In this document: positions 1 to 9,556 of the stretch, piece by piece
Position numbering within the stretch: the first letter of the stretch is position 1
Layout: the number at the start of each line of letters is the position of its first letter
IMG/VR virus record: IMGVR_UViG_3300044513_000078
Span: 1-32,483 of that record
Length of the DNA: 32,483 nucleotides
Direction: 5' to 3' (one strand)
DNA from: a virus
Lineage: Duplodnaviria; Caudoviricetes
Translations under genes and position numbers: made by a program
The notes under the pieces: generated by a model
Seen by the model: only the letters and a program-made list of their open reading frames with translations
The model's database searches: none
What the model was told of the DNA's origin: nothing

Positions 1-2459
1 TTAAAAGTTACATTGTCAGTAGTTGCTACTGCCTGTCCTATACTAAATTCTCCAGAAGCAGATAAAGTAACACCTGTTCCTCCAGATAAGTAGGACTGAA
101 CATCTGCATCTGAGTATTGAGTTATAGTTGTAGCTATAACACCAGCACCAGAAATTGTAATTCCAGTTCCACCACTAATGTGGGCTAAAACTTCAGCTTG
201 ACTTGGTCCAGTATAAGTAATAACACCTGTTGCATTATTGTAACTTAGTGAACCATCTCCACCGCTATCTGTTACTGATAAATCAGTTAAATCTATAAAG
301 TTGCTGTCATTTGTAAGGGTGGATATATTATCGCCTGGTTGTACTGCACTGTCAGCTAATGTTCCTTGAGCAGCTGTAGCAAATCCTGTGCTGTCAATAC
401 CATCTAAGGTATCTGCATCTACATTGAGAGCATCAACAAAAGATTTAGTTACTCTTGCATCTATATCAGTATTAGCTCTTGTAGTTGTATAGTAGAGATT
501 AGAACCTTCTGTGACATCGTCTGTTGTTTTACCAGATAAACTACTATCAAATCTGGCTTCGGTATAGAAAATATTTGTTGTACCTTCTACTACATCATCT
601 GTATCAAATTCTGTAAAATCTATTGCTAATGTAGGTGTTTGTCCTTCACCTGAAGTAACATCAATAGATATTCCTGTTCCACCAGTTATACTTTGTACAT
701 AATCACCGATAGTATCTGTAGATAAATTAACAGGGTCATTAATCCAAACACTTCCGTTATATCTTAAAAAGTCACCATTAGCAACGTTAGTAAGAGTAAC
801 ATCGTTCATCTCACTTAATTCATTTTCAGAAGCTACAGCACTATCTACATAGGTTTCAGTAGCATAACTATTTGTTGTCAGGTAAGTTCCAACCCTTGTG
901 TCGGTGTAGTATAAATTAGTAGAGCCCTCTGATAAATCATCAGTATCGGCAGCTGCCATTTTTGTGTCCCAACGAGCAGTTGTGTAATATAAATTAGTTG
1001 AGCCTTCAACTATGTCGTCAGTATTATGATTACTTACATCAGATACAGTACCTGTTACATTTCCTGTTAAATTACCAATAAATGTTGAAGCAACGAAGTC
1101 GTATGAACCTACTGTCCATCTATCATTACTTTCATCCCAAAGAAGAGTAACATTTGTATCGTCACCTCTCTCAATTTCAATACCACCATCTTCTGTAGCA
1201 GAACCAGTAGCATTGGAATTAAGAGTTATTGTATTGTCAGCTAAGTTGATTGTTTCTGTATTAACAGTAGTAGTAGTTCCTGATACAGTTAAGTCACCAG
1301 AAACAATTAAGTCATTAAAGGTTACATCACTTGATGTAGATACTGCCTGTCCTATGCTTATTTCACCAGATGATACTGTAACTCCAGTTCCACCACTAAG
1401 GTAGCTATCAATTTCTGTGTCAACTCTTGCATTTGTAAAATATAAATTTGTAGAACCTTCGGATAAGTTGTCTGTGTCCTTTGTAGCTAGACGAGTATCG
1501 AAGTCTGTATTCGCTCTAGCAGTTGTGTAATAAAGATTTGTACTACCTTCTGTTAGGTCGTCAGTGTCTTTTGTAGAGAGTTGTGTATCAAATCTAGCGT
1601 TTGTATAATAAAGGTTAGTTGAACCCTCACCAATATCATCTGTATCTAATGTTAAGCTACCACCTAAAGAAAGTGAATTTGTATTAATTGTTACGCTATC
1701 ATTAGAAAGCATTGCATTTGTAATACCACTTGCTTTTACCTGTAATGTGTCTGAACTTATTTCAATAGAACTATCATCTACATTTACAGACAATGTAGGT
1801 GTTTGTTGTTCTCCTGATGAAATATCAATTCCTAAACCAGAACCAGCAGTAATGCTTTCAACATAGTCACCTTCTGTGTCTGTTCCTAGATTTAAAGGTT
1901 CATTTACCCAAGCACTACCATCATATCTAATTATGTCACCAGTTGACAATGTTCCAAATGTTACATCAGTAAGTTCTGATAGTTCATTAGCTGTTTCTAC
2001 TTGTGCTGTAACATAATCAATAACAGAAGCTGTTGTAGGTAAAGATGTATCATTATCGTTGGAAGTAAATGTTTCTGTAGATGTAACTATTGTTGATACA
2101 TTGACACTGTCTAAAGCAAGAATTGATAAGTTAACACCATTAAATGTAGGATTATCACTAGAACCTAAACCAAGAGAAGCTCTTGCTGTTGCACCACTTT
2201 CTACAGTCCATGCAGAACCGTTAGAAACAATAAAAGCACCATCTGTATGAGATAGTCCTGCTATTGTTGCTAAGTCTGTATCATAGGCTTGAATGTCTGT
2301 GCCAATGGAAAGACCTAATGCAGTTCTTGCACCTGAAGCTGTAATAGCACCAGTACCACCATCATCTATTCCTATAAACTCAGTAGATTGTAATTCAGCA
2401 AATCCAATGGCATTACCATTACCGTCATAATTAACTCTTACTGGTGTTTTTTCTGCCAT
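1..2459 (-). CDS. Large repeat-rich tail fibre / virion structural protein (3' truncated, at least 819 aa; missing from the ORF track)
   Basis: ATG at 2459 overlaps the upstream TAA (TAATG). Hand translation MAEKTPVRVNYDGNGNAIGFAELQSTEFIGIDDGGTGA... stays open to the window edge. T/S/D/G-rich, with TDDxxEGSTNLYYTxAR repeats and fibre-type motifs (GDLTVSGTTTTVNTETINLADN, GGIEIERG). Confidence 0.88.
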   Translation of the reverse strand, partial: MAEKTPVRVNYDGNGNAIGFAELQSTEFIGIDDGGTGAITASGARTALGLSIGTDIQAYDTDLATIAGLSHTDGAFIVSNGSAWTVESGATARASLGLGSSDNPTFNGVNLSILALDSVNVSTIVTSTETFTSNDNDTSLPTTASVIDYVTAQVETANELSELTDVTFGTLSTGDIIRYDGSAWVNEPLNLGTDTEGDYVESITAGSGLGIDISSGEQQTPTLSVNVDDSSIEISSDTLQVKASGITNAMLSNDSVTINTNSLSLGGSLTLDTDDIGEGSTNLYYTNARFDTQLSTKDTDDLTEGSTNLYYTTARANTDFDTRLATKDTDNLSEGSTNLYFTNARVDTEIDSYLSGGTGVTVSSGEISIGQAVSTSSDVTFNDLIVSGDLTVSGTTTTVNTETINLADNTITLNSNATGSATEDGGIEIERGDDTNVTLLWDESNDRWTVGSYDFVASTFIGNLTGNVTGTVSDVSNHNTDDIVEGSTNLYYTTARWDTKMAAADTDDLSEGSTNLYYTDTRVGTYLTTNSYATETYVDSAVASENELSEMNDVTLTNVANGDFLRYNGSVWINDPVNLSTDTIGDYVQSITGGTGISIDVTSGEGQTPTLAIDFTEFDTDDVVEGTTNIFYTEARFDSSLSGKTTDDVTEGSNLYYTTTRANTDIDARVTKSFVDALNVDADTLDGIDSTGFATAAQGTLADSAVQPGDNISTLTNDSNFIDLTDLSVTDSGGDGSLSYNNATGVITYTGPSQAEVLAHISGGTGITISGAGVIATTITQYSDADVQSYLSGGTGVTLSASGEFSIGQAVATTDNVTF
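470..1645 (-). repeat. Seven copies of a ~20-aa TDD(L/I/V)xEG(S/T)TNLYYTxxR peptide repeat inside the fibre gene
   Basis: Copies at about 1590-1645, 1510-1570, 1420-1480, 970-1025, 890-950, 545-605 and 470-525, in clusters of 3+2+2. Confidence 0.9.
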
Positions 2460-3655
2460 TATTCAGCTACTTCCATATCGATAATATCATTTGTACCTGA
2501 GCTATCTACATAAGTCAGCTGTAGTGTTGAGTTGTCTGATTTAGCAGGCATAAGAACATCTAAAGTAGTTCCTGATGATTGTAGCAAAGGAATACTTCTT
2601 GTACTAACACCTACATACCCTCCACCTCCAGAAACGGCATCTGATGTGGCTACATTAAAAAACTTATTTCTTAAAGGCACTCCAGAGTTTTCTCCTAATT
2701 TGGTGACTACAGGCACTTTACCAACCATAGATAAAGTCTTAGGTACTTTACTGTTTACTTTAACAGTTTTTGTTGAAGTGTCGGTTATTATATCTATCTG
2801 GTCACGGTCAGACTTATACCTATTATCTAAAGTACTTTCTTCATCAGAATCAATTGTTAAAGTATCACTTTCAGCATTAGCTAGTATTGTATTTTGATTA
2901 GTAGATGCTATTTGAGTAAAAGCATTTTGGTTAGCATCTCCACTAGTATTTGCAGCAATAGTAATTTGGTCTGTTGTTGAATTAGATGTTATAGAAACAT
3001 TTGAACCTGCAATAAGTTCTACTGTATCTGTTGCACTGTCTGCAACAATATTGTTACCACCAGCAGTAATAGTTTTAAAAGCATTAGATGCACCTCCACC
3101 AGTTGAAGATATTGTTATACTGTCGGTACTACCATTTGTATCAAGTGTTATGCCTGTACCTGCAACAAATGTAAGAGTATCTCCTGTTTGGTCAGCTTGT
3201 ATAGTATCATCACCAGATACAATAATATTTCCAAAAGCTTGTTGTTGTGTAGGTAAATCTGTCCAAGATATGTTTCCATAACCATCTGTTTTTAATACCT
3301 GATTAGCTGCACCAGTATTTCCATTTATTTTTAACTTTGCAGATTTTAAATCTAAATAACCATCAGTAGTAAATTCTGCACGAATTGTAGAGTCTGTAGC
3401 AAATATTAATTTTTGACTTGCAACTGTACCTACAACGAATGGACCATCTGATATAACTGTTTGACCATCAAGGTATAAGTTATAACCAATTTCATCACCA
3501 TTGCTATCAACAGTTGTGTCATCAACGTGAACTATTGCATTAGATACTTGAAAACCATGTGGATTACCATTGGAATCTAAACTAAAAATATGGTCATCGT
3601 AATCAGAAGAACCAGCTATTCGCTGGGAAGCATCAAAAGTTGTATCAATCGCCAT
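2459..3655 (-). CDS. Tail fibre-like structural protein (398 aa) with three AFxxI...ADxxxDT(L/V) repeats
   Basis: GAANQVLKTDGYGNISW fibre motif; repeats beginning QAFGNIIVSG, NAFKTITAGG and NAFTQIASTN; located in the fibre cluster. Confidence 0.7.
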   Translation of the reverse strand: MAIDTTFDASQRIAGSSDYDDHIFSLDSNGNPHGFQVSNAIVHVDDTTVDSNGDEIGYNLYLDGQTVISDGPFVVGTVASQKLIFATDSTIRAEFTTDGYLDLKSAKLKINGNTGAANQVLKTDGYGNISWTDLPTQQQAFGNIIVSGDDTIQADQTGDTLTFVAGTGITLDTNGSTDSITISSTGGGASNAFKTITAGGNNIVADSATDTVELIAGSNVSITSNSTTDQITIAANTSGDANQNAFTQIASTNQNTILANAESDTLTIDSDEESTLDNRYKSDRDQIDIITDTSTKTVKVNSKVPKTLSMVGKVPVVTKLGENSGVPLRNKFFNVATSDAVSGGGGYVGVSTRSIPLLQSSGTTLDVLMPAKSDNSTLQLTYVDSSGTNDIIDMEVAE

Positions 3656-3917
3656 TTAGCACATCATCCTGTATAACAGGTAGTTCACTACCTAATGTGC
3701 CTCCATATTGCTTGTATAAGTAACGCAATCTTTCTATTTCTTTAGTTAATTGAGTTATTGTGTCTAACCAGTTATCGTAATCACTATGACTTTCATCTAA
3801 TTTGTCTATCATTAACTCAAAATGTAATTGTTCTGCTTCTGCCATTCTTGCAATTAGATACTGCCTTTTTGCTTCATGGTCCATAAATAAATATTGAGTA
3901 TCGTATGAATTAGCCAT
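3645..3917 (-). CDS. Small helical protein (90 aa), possible fibre assembly/accessory factor
   Basis: TAATG-coupled to the fibre gene and overlaps the next gene by 11 nt; amphipathic helical pattern. Function inferred from position only. Confidence 0.6.
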   Translation of the reverse strand: MANSYDTQYLFMDHEAKRQYLIARMAEAEQLHFELMIDKLDESHSDYDNWLDTITQLTKEIERLRYLYKQYGGTLGSELPVIQDDVLNGD

Positions 3918-5488
3918 TATCCCTCCAATGCTTCCACTCTAGCAGTTAAATCTGAAATCTGTGTGCTTAGTTCTTGTACTGCTTTTATCAAAGGGGATAT
4001 AAGTTCTGTATATGCAATAGACTTAGTTTCATCTCCTTCGCCTCTTACTAAGTTCCAATTAGTGTCAGATGGTTGCAATGCTTCTACATCTTGTGCAATT
4101 AATCCATAAGATATAGCATTTTCTTCTATTCCTGTAACATCTGTCCATATAACATTACAATCAGTATCTTCATCACAAGAATTACACTCTGCATCTTCTT
4201 CACCTACTATTTCTTCAGTATTAGAACACACCCATCCATATTGTCTTATGTATGTAAATTTCTTTGGTTGTAAATCATTAATAAAATTTAAACCTAAATC
4301 TGTTACTTCAATATTTTCTTTAAGTCTTTCATCAGAGCTAACATTTGTATTAAACTGTGCATACAAAAGTAACCACCTATAAGTAGAATCACCTAACCCG
4401 TAGTTTGCATTAGAAGAAGCTGGTCTTAATTTTACAGAGCTAACACCACTTCTTGTAAACCTTACTGTCTGTGTATCTTGACTTATTGTATCAAAAAAAC
4501 CAGAACCTGTACCAGAAACAGATATAGCACCCTTCATTCCAGAACCACCAGAAGAAATAGATGTTACTGCTGTAGAAGAACTTACAAATGTTCCGTGACT
4601 ACCGTGAGAAGTTGAAGTTAAATACCTTTGGTCTCCTTCAGTTTCAGTTAAGTATTCCGCAGGTATAGAAGTTAAAAATCCACTGTGGCTATGCCCAGTT
4701 ACATCTCCTATAGGATGAGTATGAGTTGAGTCAGCAAAGCTTGTATGGTCACTATCTGCGTGTGAACCACCAGCATTAGCCCATTGAACACCAGTTGCAG
4801 TACTTTGTAATACTTGACCAGCGTCTCCTAGTGACCCACCTGCTTGTAGTCCTCCACCTAGAACTAATCTATTTGGAACAGTAAAGTAATCTGTAAAATC
4901 GTCCCAAGAAGCAACATTATCAGTACCGTTAGTGATTTGCATTCTATTTCGCCCAGCTACAGGAACATCAATAAAAAATCCCATTGTTGAAAATTGACCA
5001 TCTATAGCTATAGAAGGATTATCCTCATCACCATCTGGTAAAACTAATAATGATTTTGTTGTAACTAAAGAGCTAGTACCACTTACATCTCTGTTAAATA
5101 AAACTGCATCACCAATTTTTATCCTGTCATTTGCTGCTGTTGTAGGTGTACCAGAACCTGTATCTTTTCCTAGAGTAATAATAGGATTATTTATAGTAAC
5201 ACTGTTAAAGAAAGCATCTCCATCTGCACTTATTTTCCAACCTGAAGTTCCAGATACAAAATTTCCTGCGATAGTTCCATCATTGTTTAAATATATATAT
5301 TGACCACTAGAGTTTTCTGAACGCAAATAATTACTTGCTAATTCCCAACCACCAATTTGACCTGATGTTGCTCTAATTACACCATCTTTTGTTACAGAAA
5401 ATACAGGTGTATAAGTTAAATCATCAAACTCAGTAGTGCCAGTAGCACCAAAATAAAAATTACCATCAGTATCTATATGTATTGCCAT
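3917..5488 (-). CDS. Tail fibre/spike with C-terminal intramolecular chaperone (peptidase S74-type), 523 aa
   Basis: SSDERLKENI autocleavage motif, LQPKKFTY, YGLIAQDVE, and YTELISPLIKAVQEL followed by a terminal coiled coil; HxH motifs; N-terminal beta-repeats like the end of the upstream gene. Confidence 0.9.
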   Translation of the reverse strand: MAIHIDTDGNFYFGATGTTEFDDLTYTPVFSVTKDGVIRATSGQIGGWELASNYLRSENSSGQYIYLNNDGTIAGNFVSGTSGWKISADGDAFFNSVTINNPIITLGKDTGSGTPTTAANDRIKIGDAVLFNRDVSGTSSLVTTKSLLVLPDGDEDNPSIAIDGQFSTMGFFIDVPVAGRNRMQITNGTDNVASWDDFTDYFTVPNRLVLGGGLQAGGSLGDAGQVLQSTATGVQWANAGGSHADSDHTSFADSTHTHPIGDVTGHSHSGFLTSIPAEYLTETEGDQRYLTSTSHGSHGTFVSSSTAVTSISSGGSGMKGAISVSGTGSGFFDTISQDTQTVRFTRSGVSSVKLRPASSNANYGLGDSTYRWLLLYAQFNTNVSSDERLKENIEVTDLGLNFINDLQPKKFTYIRQYGWVCSNTEEIVGEEDAECNSCDEDTDCNVIWTDVTGIEENAISYGLIAQDVEALQPSDTNWNLVRGEGDETKSIAYTELISPLIKAVQELSTQISDLTARVEALEG

Positions 5489-5491
5489 AAA

Positions 5492-8400
5492 TTATCCTAT
5501 ATGTACCGAGCCTGCATTTATTGTCATTGTACCAGTAATTGTCGCACCACTAGCAAATAAAACACCTGAATTAGAAACAGTGAATGGAGCATCACCATAA
5601 TTTGCGTGACCAAGCCACATGTTTCCATTGCTGTCAACATTAAATACTGCGTTACCAGAACCAATACTAATTGTACCTGCTGATAGGTCACCTCTAAATG
5701 TTCCATCATTAAACTCTACTGAACCATCTGCATTTAATTTAAAACCTGCACTTCCTGCTGTATAATTTGCTTGTATATAAGCATTTGCACCATCTATTTC
5801 CATAGAGTTTGAATTACCATCATCTGCCGACAACTTATCACTAGCAATTGTCCAACCACCAATATCACCAGATGTTGCAGTTATGTTACCTCTAAAAACT
5901 GCATCATTAAATTCTGCATAACCATTTGGATAACCAGTATCTTGTTTTCTAATTGTCCAACCAGATGTTCCTAATGAATAGTTATCTGATTCAATAAGGT
6001 TTCCTATTTTTGCATTAGTAATGGCAGCATTAGCTATTTTTGCAGTATCTACTGATAAGTTTCTTATTTTTGCAGTAGTAATAGCAGCATCATCTATATT
6101 TTCAGTTAAAACTAAATTAGCACTTTTCTGTTGTTCAGGAGAAGCATCAGACTCATTACCAGCTAAATCTACAGCAGTAAATCTAAAAAACATAGTATCT
6201 GCACTATCTAAACTATCTCCTTTAAGAGTAGTGACAGCAGGTATTCCTAATCTAAGCATTGATGCATCTGCTGGTACTTTACCTATTAAACTACTTTCTC
6301 CAACAGTAAAACCTGAAGTTGTAGAACCATATACATTTAAATGTGACAAGTCTGATGGAAGAGTGAAATCGACCACTGTAGCAAGTGGATTACCTTGTGC
6401 ATCAGTAGCAGCACCTAATCTATGTATAACTTGAATAGCACCTTGTAAGGAAGCAAGTGTTGTTGCTTCATCAGGTGTAGGGGGTGTTCCTGTATCAACT
6501 GCTGTAGTTATTGTTTCATATACGAAACCACTAGAAGCACCAGTAGTTATAGCTTGTACACCTACTTTGTAATCTGTAGCTTGTAATAAATCTTGAATAG
6601 TAAATGTTGTATTTCCCCAATTTATAAAATAATGTTCTGTACCACCTAGTACAGGGTTTACTGGTTGAACTGTAATTTCGTATTGTAAACCATTGGTTAT
6701 TAATGTTTCATCACTGTTTCTAGGAACTAACCACTCTAAAAATATAATTGACCTTTGTGTTCCTAGTGCATCAGTTTCAAATCCAGTTGTTAATCTTATA
6801 CCCTCATTAGCTGGGTCATCAGGGTCTATAACTTTATTTGGTTTATACATTTTATCACCAGTTGCAGCACCTGATATTTGTGAAGAAAATCTTAAGTCAT
6901 CTCCTATTTGTTTACCTATCTCTCCAACTTCTAATTGAGTATTTCCTGCTTCAAACTCTATATAATCATTTAAGTCATAATATCTAACTACAAAAGGACT
7001 AGCTGATACTACTTTTCTTAGATAAACACCAAATGTTTCTTCTATAGGATAAGTTATACCAACAATTCGTATTTTTTCTGGATTGATAAACTGACCTTGC
7101 CATATTTGTTCATAAGGCTCTGACCTACCATCTGCAACTGCTTTTGTAGGTGTATCAACAAAACCTATCTCAGGGTCATAAACGAATATATTATCTCCTA
7201 CTTCAAAATCACCTTTTACATCGTAATATTCCAAAGACAAAGACAAAGATTTTTTAATTCTTGTAAATTCTTCTAAAAATGCTTCAGCTCTTTTAGGTGC
7301 CATGTTGCTTGAAACTTCAGTTTCTGCTACATAAGCAACTCTCTCTAAAGGATTTCCAAATAAATCATAATAAGGAACTTCTGTTAAAAATCTTTCATAT
7401 AAATCAATATTTTCTCCATCAGAACCTGCATTTTCTATATACTCTACACCTGCTACCCAATCTTCTGCCTCAAATTGTGTAGTCAATGCATCTGGGTTTA
7501 AACCAGTTATACCAGGGTCTTCACCTTGACTATCTCTTACAATAATTGCAGTTGGCGTATCGGTTCCATGACCCACGAACACATTTTCTGGTAATCCAGC
7601 ATCTAATGTACCATTTGTGTTAATTCTGTATTCTGTTTCTAATTGTGACATAACTTTTTTAATTGCAGAAAAAGCACTTTCTAAGTTATGGTTACCTTTA
7701 TATAAATTAGCAGTTTGGTCAATTGTAGGTGCACTTGTTGGAACATCAAAATCAGCATCATATAATGATTCTCCTTTTGTAAACTTTAATCCATCTATGT
7801 AACCTTTAAAATAATCTGCTTGCTGACCTCTACCAATTGATAAATGCAATGATGCTTTGGAGTCTGTACCACCTGTCTTAGCATCTCTAGTTACTCTCTT
7901 TACAGTTGTTTCAGAGTTCCATTCACTTACCTTTACACCATTTTCCCAAGTTTTCCATGTGTTACCTTTTCTTGTAATTGCTCTATGAACCCACTGACCA
8001 TTAGCTCTATCACCTAATTTAATACCTTCAGCAATATCATATATTGTGTCATCAACTCTAGTAATAGGGTCAATATTGCTCTCTGCATAATTACTTGTAA
8101 TCCATACTTGTAGTTCACCCTCACCATTATCTAAACCTAATATGAATGGGGGAACTGCACCATCACCCTGAGCCACTATTGCAGCACCATTTGTTGATGA
8201 AGGTCTAATTGCTAAGTATGTTTGATTACCCTCATACCAACGATTGTTTAATTGCCATAAAGCAGAATAATACTTTTGATAAAATGGGTCTTCTTCCCAA
8301 TAATTAGCATTTCCAGGGTCTGTGTCATAAATAGATGCATCACCAGTGTAATACAAAGGTATTTCATCTTCTCTTCCTTGTTCTAATAATTCTAAAATGG

Positions 8401-9556
8401 TATTAGCTACAATACCTGTTGGTAATGTTGAATATACAATATCTACCCAAGCAGGTGCATTTGGTCTTGCCATAAAGAAGTCTTCAGGTATTGGCTCACC
8501 TTGATACCACTGAGAATTTTTTCTTGGGTCTAATGGTGCATTAACCCACTGAGCTAATTGTGCATCATAGTACCATTGCAAGTCATTATTAGGTTCTAAA
8601 AGTTCTTCTATATCCCCCTGCCTTGCTTTTACCATTGCATCATCCCATAAAAGTTTTGACTTCCAAGTTACTTTTACACCATTAACAACGATTGGGTTAT
8701 AAACTACTTTTAAGTTATTTGGGTCAACACCTGATGGATAATCAGCAGGAGATGGTTTAGAACCAAGAAACATAAGAGCATATCCTGCATTATTGTAAGC
8801 ATCTAAATCTGCTTCGCTTGTAACAGCAGTACCATCTACTTGCTTGTATTGGTAAACAAAATAACTAGCATCAAATGCTTCTTTTCCTATTTGATAGCAA
8901 ACTAAAACCATCATATCAAAATGTTGTTGAGCTAAATCAGTATCATATGGGAAACAATCAGCATAAAGTAAATTGCCATCATCATCTTCATCATCAAATA
9001 TTGCTATTACTTTGTTTACATAACCTACAACATCTTCAGCAAGTAATGTGCTAGCAAGAGACTCAGAAAATCTCATATTGCTATTAGAACTATCATTACC
9101 TGTATAAGCAATTCTTATACCACTTGTTTGAACATCTCCATTTCCATCTACCCAATTACCACCACTATCTGATGTAGCATATGTATCACCTCTTTGAATT
9201 GGGAAACTGTAATCTACATTGTTAATCCGAAAAGTATCATTAGAATAATGACCATAAAAATCCCAAAACAATGATTCAGAACCTCTATGTATAGAACCCT
9301 CATTGTTATATGTATGACCATAACCTACTACTAAGTTACCTCTTACACCATCATGAAAGTCAGGGTCAAATGGTACACGACCACCAACACTCTCTGCAAA
9401 AATTGTTGAACCACTAGGTACAGGGTCATTGTCCACATAAACACCTAATACTGGATAACCAGTATCGTAAACGAAAGGAACAAAACCTATCCTATCTTTA
9501 ATTGCCTGTAAACCATCGGCACTTAGGTTTGCGTTACGAATATCAAACTGAGGCAT
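5492..9556 (-). CDS. Tail tip/central fibre protein (1354 aa): degenerate lysozyme-like N-terminus, half of a LamG domain, hub C-part, FN3 domains, lambda-J-like C-terminus
   Basis: Start placed at ATG 9556 (TAATG overlap) rather than GTG 9580. Motifs: VGYGHT and QQHFDMMVLVCYQIG (GH24-like); GQWVHRAITRKG and FKGYIDGLKFTKG (LamG); LEWLVP...LLQATDYKVGVQA and TAVDLAGNES (FN3); ITTAKI/ITNAKIGNLIESDNY..GTSGW (J-like C-terminus). Confidence 0.85.
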   Translation of the reverse strand: MPQFDIRNANLSADGLQAIKDRIGFVPFVYDTGYPVLGVYVDNDPVPSGSTIFAESVGGRVPFDPDFHDGVRGNLVVGYGHTYNNEGSIHRGSESLFWDFYGHYSNDTFRINNVDYSFPIQRGDTYATSDSGGNWVDGNGDVQTSGIRIAYTGNDSSNSNMRFSESLASTLLAEDVVGYVNKVIAIFDDEDDDGNLLYADCFPYDTDLAQQHFDMMVLVCYQIGKEAFDASYFVYQYKQVDGTAVTSEADLDAYNNAGYALMFLGSKPSPADYPSGVDPNNLKVVYNPIVVNGVKVTWKSKLLWDDAMVKARQGDIEELLEPNNDLQWYYDAQLAQWVNAPLDPRKNSQWYQGEPIPEDFFMARPNAPAWVDIVYSTLPTGIVANTILELLEQGREDEIPLYYTGDASIYDTDPGNANYWEEDPFYQKYYSALWQLNNRWYEGNQTYLAIRPSSTNGAAIVAQGDGAVPPFILGLDNGEGELQVWITSNYAESNIDPITRVDDTIYDIAEGIKLGDRANGQWVHRAITRKGNTWKTWENGVKVSEWNSETTVKRVTRDAKTGGTDSKASLHLSIGRGQQADYFKGYIDGLKFTKGESLYDADFDVPTSAPTIDQTANLYKGNHNLESAFSAIKKVMSQLETEYRINTNGTLDAGLPENVFVGHGTDTPTAIIVRDSQGEDPGITGLNPDALTTQFEAEDWVAGVEYIENAGSDGENIDLYERFLTEVPYYDLFGNPLERVAYVAETEVSSNMAPKRAEAFLEEFTRIKKSLSLSLEYYDVKGDFEVGDNIFVYDPEIGFVDTPTKAVADGRSEPYEQIWQGQFINPEKIRIVGITYPIEETFGVYLRKVVSASPFVVRYYDLNDYIEFEAGNTQLEVGEIGKQIGDDLRFSSQISGAATGDKMYKPNKVIDPDDPANEGIRLTTGFETDALGTQRSIIFLEWLVPRNSDETLITNGLQYEITVQPVNPVLGGTEHYFINWGNTTFTIQDLLQATDYKVGVQAITTGASSGFVYETITTAVDTGTPPTPDEATTLASLQGAIQVIHRLGAATDAQGNPLATVVDFTLPSDLSHLNVYGSTTSGFTVGESSLIGKVPADASMLRLGIPAVTTLKGDSLDSADTMFFRFTAVDLAGNESDASPEQQKSANLVLTENIDDAAITTAKIRNLSVDTAKIANAAITNAKIGNLIESDNYSLGTSGWTIRKQDTGYPNGYAEFNDAVFRGNITATSGDIGGWTIASDKLSADDGNSNSMEIDGANAYIQANYTAGSAGFKLNADGSVEFNDGTFRGDLSAGTISIGSGNAVFNVDSNGNMWLGHANYGDAPFTVSNSGVLFASGATITGTMTINAGSVHIG

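Noticed and set aside
470-1645. CRISPR-like array or DGR template/variable repeats
   Set aside because: The repeats are degenerate codon-level peptide repeats with irregular spacing; I saw no adenine-specific mismatch pattern, and there is no reverse transcriptase or cas gene in the window.
5448-5463. Additional TAATTTTTATTTT resembling the promoter motif
   Set aside because: It lies inside the 523-aa coding sequence (GNFYFG), has an extra T, and is not followed by a TANNNT-ATG arrangement.
5492-5494. Genome-wide stop codon reassignment
   Set aside because: TAA and TAG end conserved genes at expected positions and coding density is already near complete under the standard code; the in-frame TAA is a single local case.
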